From Callorhinchus milii (Eukaryota), in the NCBI RefSeq assembly GCF_018977255.1, contig NW_024704752.1, forward strand, positions 14,198,001-14,262,000: a stretch of DNA of 64,000 bases. The letters run 5' to 3'. The notes below the pieces were generated by a model, which was not told where the DNA came from, searched no databases, and worked only from the letters and a program-made list of their open reading frames with translations. Both the position numbers and the translations under genes were made by a program. This document shows, one piece after another, positions 53,645 through 64,000 of this stretch (its first letter is position 1; the number at the start of each line of letters is the position of its first letter).

Positions 53645-55801
53645 GTTAATAGCAGTGCTGGTCCAGTTCCTGAGCCAAGAGGATCTGTAGTAAACCAAGG
53701 CACTGCTCGTGACAGACCAGCCAGCCTGGCTCAACAGCAGGACTTGGACAGGAAGACCAGTCATTAGGGATAGGGATTCTTCCCACTCGGCTCCTATTGA
53801 CTCTACGAACCCAGAGGTAGCCTGAATAGGTAGGGTGATCCTAATTGGACTCACAGTGGGAAGCTGCCAGACAGTGCAAAACAGTTTTAGCAGGTAAATT
53901 CCAGTAGTATTCAAAATACACAATCTCAGGTCCCAAGCCTGATTCTCATCAACCTGTTTCTAACGCTGTCCAGAATTAGGTGAGCAGAGTGCGTCCCTCA
54001 AGGGAGAGAGTGTACATTGCATTCGAAACACAGGTAAATTTCCATGGCTATACATACATATGTGGTACTCTCAGTCTGGTCGAGATACTCTTAAACATGG
54101 TGATAGATTTTCACAAATGTCACACACCCAGCTGACCAAAAAGAAACCAGCACAGATTGTATTGCGCTATCGTGCCTCCGCACGACATGTAAGGTGCAAT
54201 ATAAATGTAAATTGTATAATGTTCAGAAGCCTCCCTTAGGCTATTCCAAAGAAATACAACATTTTTCAGTACAGTATTTAAGAAGACTGAAGCCTTGCCA
54301 CACCAATAAATTATATTTGTAGAGCGCCTTTCACACCGGGAGGATGTCCCAAGGTGCTGCACAGTCAGGGTTTGGAGTGGAGCAGGGGGTTGGGATCAGG
54401 AGGGGTGGATTTACGATAGCTCTGAATAACTTGGAACTTGAATTGGAACTTAAACATGAATTTTATCTCCAGTTCCCAGATCAAAGCTAATGGAAGAAAA
54501 CAATAATTTCCCTGTGAGTACTCTATAGGGTATTGCAGTCAGTACACACAATCAAATTAGTGTTTTGTGTGTTTTAAGCTGATATTACAGTGCTCTACAA
54601 AATTATTTATTATTGGTTTCACCTGCAGGCAAAATAACTTTTGCAAATTCTATGTTATTACAACTTTCACCAAAGCCTTTGTTTTGAGTTTCTCTGGGGA
54701 AGAGAGATTGAGACACAAACAGGATAGCAAAGCTTTGGTTAAATGATTAAAATTCAACGGAAATCTTCTGATAATACAAACATCATTATCTTTATCATGA
54801 CATTGTATTCAGGCTACTTGCTTACTGCCCAAATACATCATGTGGGAGGAGAAAGAGAGGCGGCAGAGGGTAGATAAATGGTCAAATATCACAAGAAACA
54901 ATGTTACTTGAATCAACCAAAATCTACTAATAATTAGTTTTTTTTTAAGAAAGAGTCCATTAAGGGAGTTTCTCCTGGTGTCCTGGTCAATAAAATTGGC
55001 CCAAATAAAAGTGGCCTGAATAAAACTGGTCATTCATTCATTTCATGGCTGTTTGTAGTAAGTTGCTGTGTGCTATTGAGCTACCTACAAATACACAGTC
55101 ACTGCCCTCAATAAATCCTGTGATGTGCCTTGAGACATCCTCTCGATATGAGAAGTGCTATGAAAGGAATTATTAATAACCTTGAGGGACTTGCCCAGTT
55201 TGGAACAGTGAGTCCCATTTCTATTTGGGCTGCCTAACTCACCCCATCCCCACCCCCTCCTCCGATGAGGAACTAAGGTATAGTTTCAGAGGTGCCAACC
55301 CATCAATAGTGGGTATGTACCACCTCCTCGGTGCTGCTGGGGTGAGAAGAAAATTAGCCACAGCTCCAACTCTTGAAACCTATTCAAAGGCTGGAAAGTA
55401 CATAAGTGTGAACTTTGGATGAGGGCAAGGTGGGGTTTATCTGTGATCTGCAAAGGACATGAAGGTATCAATGAAATCATGCATGAGAAAAGTCATTTGG
55501 AGAAAATACTGGTGGGTGACCAATACCTGCGAAACAAACCCACATCAGCAAAAAATGAGGTGGTTGAAGATGCCAAGGAAATGGATGGTCGCCACTGTGA
55601 AAATAGGTGACTGACTGCAGGATGGAGATAATCAATTGTGGTAAACCATTTGTGTAATAACATCAAATTGCAGTGCAAATTCAGCAAAAATTATCGAAGA
55701 GGAAACTGGTCGCTGAGGTTCCTCCTCCTGAATATATCTACATTATATTAGAACTTCCATGATGCACTGCAACGCTAAAATGTGCTTAATTACCTTGAGT
55801 G

Positions 55802-55809
55802 TATATAAA
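55802..55809 (+). promoter_or_regulatory. TATA box of gene F
   Basis: TATATAAA 94 bp upstream of the ATG. Confidence 0.6.
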
Positions 55810-55895
55810 CCCGTCAGAAGACTCAACACATCTCAACCAAAGATCCACGGATCATTTCTGTACTGAAGAGATCACTGAAAGCAATCTGAGATACA

Positions 55896-57141
55896 ATGAC
55901 TGCCACCAGGAACCTTGCCATTATGGCTGCTTTGATCTCACTGTTTGCATTTAACATGTCAGCATGTAAGTTTTACTTTGTCACACAGGTTTCTCTATTA
56001 TTTAACCTTTAATAAAAACACACAAATAATAATGATTTGTTGATTTAAATGATTTGTAAAATACTTGTTCTCTGTTTCAGTTGCCGCAAAAGTAGACTGC
56101 TGTATCGGTCATTCGAGCAGACCGGTGCCAGTTGGAGCTATCACTGGCTATGTGCATCAAGAATCCAATGAAATGTGTGATATAGATGCCATCATGTAAG
56201 TAAAAGGAACGGACAAGTAATTTAGTGGCAAATACTTAATGCAGTATAATACTTGAATTTGATGTAGAATCCTATCATGTTGATAAACATTTAATTAAAT
56301 TAGTTACTCTCTGAAGTAATTAATCAATTAATTAATTAATTAATTGTGTGCTTCGCCCACAAAATACACAGTCAATTCACTTTACAGTATATTCTGTGAA
56401 GCGCATTGAGACGTCTCGAAGACATGATACGGTGCTATATCAAATGCAAGCATTATTAATAATTATATGACTTTTGTTAGATAGGCAGCATTATCATCAT
56501 ATGTTGTTTTGGGGGGGAGTTTGGACAAGAGCTAAGGAGAGTTTGCTTTCAGTCACAATGCTTTAAATGTCTGAATAGATCTCCCAACATTGCAACACCG
56601 TTGTTTGGGCTGATAGCCTAGATTTTGGTGTGGGTCTCAAACTCATTGCCTCTGACTGAGAATTGAAAGTGTTGCCAACTGAATCAAGCTCGTAGTTTTG
56701 AGATCCATGCCTTTAGACAGATAGAACAGTGAGCAAGAAATTAATACAGGTAACAAGAGGAGAGACTATGTAAAAAGATTAGAAAATCATAGCAAGGAGC
56801 TTGTATTTATAGCTGTAACTGTACTTATCCATAAATCATTCCGAAAGAGAGAAAAAACCTAATTAGTTTTTGATCATGCTCATTTAATTGACAAATCTAT
56901 TTTAATACTCCTACACAGATTCTACACTGTCAAACGACGAGAAATATGTGCAAACCCAAATGCTGGTTGGGTGAAACGAAACTTGAAAAATTTGAGGTAA
57001 TTGTTTTTTTTAATAAGAGATACTCACCTGTTTGCTCTCTGTAGAAATCTTTCTTTATAACAAGGCTGAGTGACTTGAAGTTTATTGTACTTCCTTTTAT
57101 GTTGCAGCAAAAGATTGGAACAAATGTCTCAAAAATATTGA
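55896..57141 (+). CDS. CCL20: CC chemokine, CCL20-like (gene F), 4 exons: 55896-55965, 56081-56195, 56919-56996, 57108-57141; 98 aa
   Basis: MTATRNLAIMAALISLFAFNMSA-FAAKVDCCIGHSSRPVPVGAITGYVHQESNEMCDIDAII-FYTVKRREICANPNAGWVKRNLKNLS-KRLEQMSQKY*. TATATAAA at 55802 and AATAAA at 57365. Confidence 0.93.
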
Positions 57142-58607
57142 GCTTCACCTCAACAAATTAAAGCAGCTGGATTTGTTTTGCTTTAGAAAAGCTTCCCTGC
57201 ATAGCATCTTCGTGTCGTTGTAGCTTATTAAGAACAAAGCACGTTTGCATTGGTAGTATTTGCTGAGTAAGCTGTTTAGTTTAATGATCCATTGGATATG
57301 AATATGAAATTTAAACACAATGTAATGTATACAATGTGAAGTGTGACATATTCTGGGGTCTATGAATAAATGAGAAAATCATTTGCATTATCTCTTCAGT
57401 GGTGTGATTTTATTCATTTTCATGGGGCTGACTTTGTGGAAAGAATATGTAAACCAGAGATGGTTTCTGTGTCAAGTCATCATTTATGGAACTTAATAGC
57501 AATTCTTGGGGCTGCCGTTTGGAGGACAGTACAGCCTTGTTATAGATAAATAAAAATGATAGATACATGATTAATATCATTATTCTAGACACAAACAATG
57601 AAAAATGTTTGTCCTAAAGTGCGCTGCCATTTGAATTGTTTGAGAAGTAAGGCGAGGAAGAGGAGCCGGATAACAACACCGGATAATAACTGAAAGGCTG
57701 ATAAAGATTCTCTTTCAACTCAGAAAGCAGCCAGCAATTTTAGAATGGTACAATGAATATTCAGCTTAATTTGACGCTGTGGTATAATGGTGACACAAAT
57801 GACCCAACTGTGACCCACGTCTCCATGCAAATATGGCATCAATCAAATCACCAAGCTATCTTGCTTAGACGATAGTCCACTGATTGTCAGAGAATGCTGT
57901 ATTGTCAGAGATGCATCAGATGAGGTCTCGTTTATCAGTAGACATTAAACGTCCTGCACCACCATTCGAAAAGAGAAGGGAGTTTCTCCCGGTGTCCAGG
58001 GAAGCAATCCTCTAGATAAATTGATGATTCATTTCATGGCTCTTTGTGGGACACTGTTGTATGTAACTTGGCTGGTGCATTCACCCACAAAGTATGTCTT
58101 TACAAAACTTCTGTGATGCAATTTGAGATATAAAGGGCGTTATCAAATGCAAAGATACGTCATTGATGAGCCAGCAGATTGCTCAGGCATCAACAAGATC
58201 TTGGATTACAGTAGATATTTGTCACACACGCATTCTTGAATGCCAAATAAATAAAAGATAAGACAAGAGAGATTGAAAGACATCTCTGGATTTCCGTTTT
58301 CGCACTCTCTGAGGTCAAATATTTTGTACATCATTTGTAACCTAGGTTTGTAAAGGATTTGTAATATTTTCGATCGTGTGTTTGAGTAATTGTGTGTGGG
58401 TACCACTAACTGGCAAGAACTCTACTCCATACATCCAAGAGAGGAGTTCCAGCAAGACATACATCCAGTTGCCACTAGGATTCAATATTTACAAATACTT
58501 TGCAGATGCAGTTTGTAAACACTGTATTTTAGACCCCCACCCACTGTGAGCATGCTCCTATTACACATACATTACAAGTTTCTGCACATAAACATATAGA
58601 GCAATGC

Positions 58608-58970
58608 TAATAATAATTCTTGTGTTTTATATAGCATCTTATCACATGTTCGAGACTTCTCAAAGTGCTTAACAGAATATACTGTAAAGTGAATTGACTG
58701 TATATTTTGTCGGCCAAACGCTACAGCCAATATCGCACAGCAGTGTCCCACAAACAGTCATGGATTGAATGACTAAGTTTTCTTTAAGGGATTATTACAC
58801 CCAGAAAAGCGATCCGCCAATCGACTAACAACCAAGTTCCTACTTACTACTAGATAAACAGAGGTGGATGGAGTAAGGAAGGTTTGCCCAAGGTTTCACC
58901 CTGCCCGAGAATCAAATCCAGGTCCTCTCGCTTGCGAGGCGAGTGTTCTAACTAATATGCCATAGGACAC
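58608..58970 (-). mobile_element. Older, longer subfamily copy of the tRNA SINE
   Basis: Diverged head plus an extra internal segment (CCTACTTACTACTAGATAAACAG; CCAATCGACTAACAAC) also seen inverted at about 16980-17220. Confidence 0.75.
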
Positions 58971-60699
58971 GATTATGCAACTAAAAGCTGTGGTTTTGGT
59001 CCAGAGTGCAACTCTTTGCCTGGACTCCCAGTTCCGTCTTGTGTGTTTTAAATATTTGACTATGGACTTTTCTTGTATTGTCAGTAGCTAACCTTTAGAC
59101 TGCAGTCAGGTTTACGGAATCTCTCATCTCAATGAGGAGACTAGTTCTCTAAAGTTTCAACTCAGATATTATCATGCTCCAGTTGAGATCACCTAACTCA
59201 ACAAACAGAATATAATGTTTATCTTTGCCATTTCTAAGCAACCCACACCTTTGACTGTGGAATTCAATTGCTGTGTAAACTAAGAGTTCAGTTTGAAACG
59301 ACTAAAATAAAGTGTGATTTGAAGAATGATTCAATCTAAAGAGTATGTTGGAGTCCTTGCTTTTGTAAGCTACTTCATTCATTCTTTATCAGAAACATTG
59401 GAGTCCAAACTGGACTCATTCCATTGTGCTGAATTAGAATGAACTATTTTCAAACAATAAAGCAATATGGTACTAGACAGTGATAAACAACAACAACTTT
59501 CATTTTGAGTATAGTGCCCTTCACGAAGAATAAAAGCAAAGTGTAGGTAAATATTGCATTTACGGAGAAAAATTACATTCCTGTTCCAATCCAGGCTTTT
59601 TTTCTTTTGTCGCCACAAACATTACGCAAAGCAATAAATTGTAGCTGAGATTTAAAATTAAATTGGATCACATTAGCCACATTAAGAAGATAATTGTTAA
59701 GTGCTGAATGTAGCACTTGGTTCTGCTTATTCTCAAAGCAAATAGAGACAATCACCCAGCAGTACAAAACATCCAGCAACTGATGGATTATTTAAGTGGC
59801 AATATCTGCACTGACTGGATTCATGCTATACAGTCACGCATCTCCCCAATGCATAGCCTGTGTCCATTTACCTCCTTCAACATCCATGACCTTCAATCTA
59901 TAATACATGAACTCTTAACAAAAATCTGACCACAATAGATATTCTTAGGTCTCATTGAGTATTAAATTGGCCACTATTTAAATACTTCCAGAAAAGTAAA
60001 CTAAAACATTCTATCGATTTGGAATTAAGCAACACAACTATTAATGTTAGGACCAGTCAATGTGGCTAAATCATTATTATATTGTGAAATAAATAAGTGT
60101 ATATCACGCTCAGTTACATCATAATAACAATAAAAATATCCTTGCATTTGATATAGCGCCATATCACGTCTCAAAGCTCTTCACAGAATCTACTGTAAAG
60201 TGAATTGACTATATATTTTGTAGGCAAAATCATGTACAAGGCTCAGGAAGCGTTGCCTATGGTGACCTAACGACCTAGAAGTCAACTATTTTCCACACTT
60301 CGTTGTATCGCAGAATCTAGGAAATTGAATCCAGAACACCACATTATATCGGATTGCTCTTTATATTCCTTTCGTTTCTTCAGTTATTATAAGGATAAAT
60401 GTCCCTCTATTATTTCGATAGAATCTCCCTCAACAGTCCATATATTGCCAAGCAAATAAATTTAATTTATATCAATTATGCTTCATGCAAGGTTCTATTT
60501 TGAACTGTTGGCTCCCACACTATTTGTTAGAGCAAACCAAGGTAAAATATTATGGTGTTAGTTAAATTGCTAACATCGTAATTTGAAAGGAAAGACTGCC
60601 TAATCTTTGAATTGTGTAATTTCCATAAGAAAGGTACTGAATTTCAAGAATAGATACATAGCATAGATTGATAATAAATACTCTGAATTACCTGGAAAG

Positions 60700-61545
60700 T
60701 AAAATACCAGAGGAAAAAGGTCAGGGAGATTCCTCCTTTACCTTATGATCTTCTCTACGTTTTCTATGATGCGCTGAAATGTTGGAAATTCCCCGAACCT
60801 GTCAGGAAACTTAACATAACTCAGTTAAAGATCGAGGAACCATTTCTGTACTGAAGAGATGACTTAAAGCAATCAGAACCTTGTTTGCGTAACGTAAGCA
60901 TCAGGTTCAATCACCAGCTGCCCTCGCTACCCTCATCTGGTCCCGACCAGCACTGTTTTCTTTTACCTCGTCAAATTTCCCACCTGTACCTCACACCCAA
61001 CACAGTCGTAAACCTCATCCATGCTTCAGTCACTTCTCGTCTTGAATATTCCAATGCCCTCCCCAGCTCCACTATCCGCAAAATCCAAATAATTAAACTC
61101 TGCCATCTGTATACTAAACTCTGTTCCCCCGTGACACCAATTCTTCTCAGGCTCCACAAGCACCTGTAACACAGAACGGATTGACTTCAAGATCCTCACA
61201 CTCATCTACAAATTCCTTCACACCCTGGCACCTCCCTATTTCTCCAATCCACCACCCGCCACTCCACTTGCCCGGCTCTAGCTTCCTGCTTGTCCCTCGA
61301 TCCCTCCGCTCCACCATCGGCGGCCTGAAACTTTGGGGCTCCCTCCCTCAATCCTCCACTTTGCCCCTTCCTGCCCCTTATTCAGATTACTCTTCGACCA
61401 TGCTTATGATCACTAGCTGGATTCATGCCACAGTCACGTGTAAAATATATATAAGTATTTTGTCACAGGCTCCACACTATTAGAGGAAGTATGTGCAGAT
61501 CCTAGGATAAATTGGTGAAAAGAACATTGGAATTGTTGCAGCACA
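60700..61545 (+). pseudogene. Heavily decayed CCL20-like relic (psi-G): promoter/5'UTR plus exon 3 remnant
   Basis: 60841-60874 CATTTCTGTACTGAAGAGATGACTTAAAGCAATC matches the 5'UTR of gene F (55852-55886) and psi-E (45957-45990), but the ATG/exon 1 position is occupied by L2 sequence. The acceptor ..gtcacag at 61468 is followed by frameshifted LHTIRG/VCADPRINW/KRTLELL. Confidence 0.75.
60895..61380 (+). mobile_element. L2 ORF2 fragment inside psi-G
   Basis: NLIHASVTSRLEYSNAL and DFKILTLIYKFLHTLAP motifs. Confidence 0.8.
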
Positions 61546-64000
61546 AGCACAAATTCTGAATCATTTGCACGGGGCTTTAAACTATTGTGAAAGGTAGATA
61601 ACAGAGTAGGTTTCCTTTTCTAATCCTCGTGGATGAGAATTATAAAAGACTGCTTGAAGTATGTAGTTTAAAATCTTAATGGCTCACAGTTTGAATGTGA
61701 AGATTTACACAGGTAGCCTGTACTCTACAAATATTCATTGGTAAAACACTGAGAGTCTTTGCTGGCTTTTTGAAGTGCAGAACAAAAGAATCTGCGTGTA
61801 TTCTGGTTTCTGAGTATCTAATAGTTACAACATTTGGCACATCCAGTAAATGCAATCAACATGACATAGTGCAGAGCAAAACATTATTGCATCTGTCAAG
61901 GCTCTTCCATTTGAAGTAAAGCGCATTCATTTAGAACTTCAATCCACGACTGCTTGTGGGACACTGCTGTGTGCAATCGGCTGCTGCGTTTCGCCAAGTC
62001 AATTCACTTTACAGTGAAGCGCTTTGAGACATCTAGAAGACATGAAAAGCTCTATATCAAATGCAAGGATTATTTATTAAATAGCATTTTTATGGTCCTC
62101 CTTTAACAGCATTAAGCTTTTGTTTTTTAATCCTCTTACCAATCAATTTCAGCTGTTGATTATCTTCTGTGCAAGAAATACTTGTCCGTCCTAAACTCAC
62201 CCTCAAAACACTGAGTATGTTCCCTCTCGCTCCTCGGCTGAACATATCTGAAACTATCATTAAGCAGAAGGGAAGTTGCATTGCTCACTTTTGTAGTAAC
62301 AATTTCACTAAGAAAAGCAAACTGACTACTTGCAAAATGTAGAATGAGGTCAGTCAGGTTTTTGCTATGTGCTGGAAAGGAAGTCTAGAACAAAGTGGAG
62401 AACTGAGAGAAAACCTGCTCAACATTTTTGATGAACACACACCCTCTACCGACAAGGCTACCATGTTATACTGTATCCACCACAGAATAGTTGGGACAAC
62501 CAACAGGAAAATGACAATTGGCAAAATTAAGGCTCATTCCCCATCTACACCCCACCTCCCTCCCCCTCCCTCCTCGTTCAAGGGCTGAATGGAATGAAGT
62601 AACTTTGACAATTTGCAATTTAATTCTAAGTACATGATGTCAAAGATATTACTTCTAACAGCAAGAGGAATTTCTCTCCCACTGTCTGTTTTATGAATAG
62701 GAATCCTGTTGACTAGTTTGACAACTAGTTAACGGGTGCTAATGTTGTCTAATGTTCAGAGACTATTGGTTAAATTGAGACTAAACAGGATTGTGACAGA
62801 ATGCTGGAGCACAGTCAATCTCAAAGGAAATGAGCTGGTTTGGCAATGAGGTGGAATAGCAACGTATTGGGTACTCTCTAGTTCTTCCATGTGGATAAGG
62901 CCCTACAGAGAAAAGGCTTTTATCGGAACCATCAAACATCAATGCCAAGCTGCACAAATGTCAGATCACCTATTTATACTGTCCTCTTAGACTTGTTTCA
63001 ATGCAGGTTTGATTTTGACTTTCCACTAAAAGTTAGGTATAAAAAAGTTTTTTAGATCATGGTGTGAATCTGATTTCACACCATGGGAGTCGATTTCAGA
63101 ATGGAACATATGCTATCAACACAAATTTTGCTACGGACAATTCCATTTGAACCATTAAGTTTAAAAAAGAATTGGTTTTAAGCAAGTTTTTAGTTGTATG
63201 TTGAGTGTCTGCTTAGTTTTTTAATGTAATAATAGGTCCAGATTTGGCATCAGATAGTTGGTCACTGCAAGTGGGCTGAGTTTCATATGCACAGATGCCT
63301 CGGCAGCCCCAAAAGTGCTGCTCAAAACCATTTCAAAATGCAGTTAAAGCAAGTGTCATTTATTGGGTAACCTCATAATGGGAGCGTTCATTTACTCAGA
63401 CAGTAATTAATTTCCTAAACATTCTGCAATACCTGTTGAACAGAAACGATTTGTTGGCAGCAGTTCACTGAGGGTAGGCAGTATTCCCAAAACAGGCTTC
63501 CACTGTGCAGCCAAATGTACATCCAATCTAGATCATGTATTCATTTATTAGGTGATGTGAGCACAGCAATGGCGTCTTTATAAATATTAATATGTTTATC
63601 CCCTGTAGTTATCGAGAAATAGGATTTAGAAATTTAGGATAGAAGTTTTGAATCAGGCAACAAAATTCATTCTGTACTCTTGGTTGACATTTTGCACTCT
63701 TCAGACAGTCAACGCTACCAAATCATAACTTTACAACTTATTTACACTAATCTTTATTATTTATGTTTTCTGATGAATTTTCATACTCATCAAGGTCAAT
63801 TACTCAATGTCAAAATTGAGCACTAGGTCAAGAATTACAACAACAACAACTTGTATCTATATAGCGCATTTCACACGTGGTAGAATCCTGGAACCAAATT
63901 CAAAGTGAAGCCCCTCATTTTGTCCTAACACCTAAGTTGTTTGCTCAAACCAAACAATCTAAATAAGCACCCCCAGAGGTCCACGTTCTTCACCAGCGAG

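Noticed and set aside
52958-53923. Several overlapping 100-186 aa ORFs
   Set aside because: They lie in GC-richer repeat/LTR-like sequence with no recognisable domain or splice structure.
1-64000. CRISPR array, operons or prokaryotic defence systems
   Set aside because: No regularly spaced repeat-spacer array and no dense ORFs; the sequence is intron-containing vertebrate DNA.

Overview
Eukaryotic, AT-rich vertebrate DNA, not prokaryotic; the supplied ORF track misses the real genes because they are spliced. The repeats (Deu-domain tRNA SINEs with L2 tails, L2, CR1, Penelope) point to a cartilaginous fish, by inference. Splicing by eye gives a tandem CC-chemokine cluster, all on the + strand. 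It has five intact 4-exon genes with intron phases 1/2/2 and two pseudogenes. The first two genes (5171-7577, 14987-16661) resemble teleost CCL34-type 'fish-specific' chemokines (YRRPTKVTTNCC / YLRPSSVTTSCC). The next three intact genes (28242-29540, 42951-44650, 55896-57141) are CCL20-like (DCC, Q.SNE.C.IDAII). One CCL20-like pseudogene (46000-46863) is followed by a decayed Penelope element carrying a degenerate hammerhead motif. The other (about 60700-61545) is interrupted by an L2 fragment. Two CTCF-like motifs lie between the two chemokine subgroups. No CRISPR, rRNA or genuine tRNA genes were seen.
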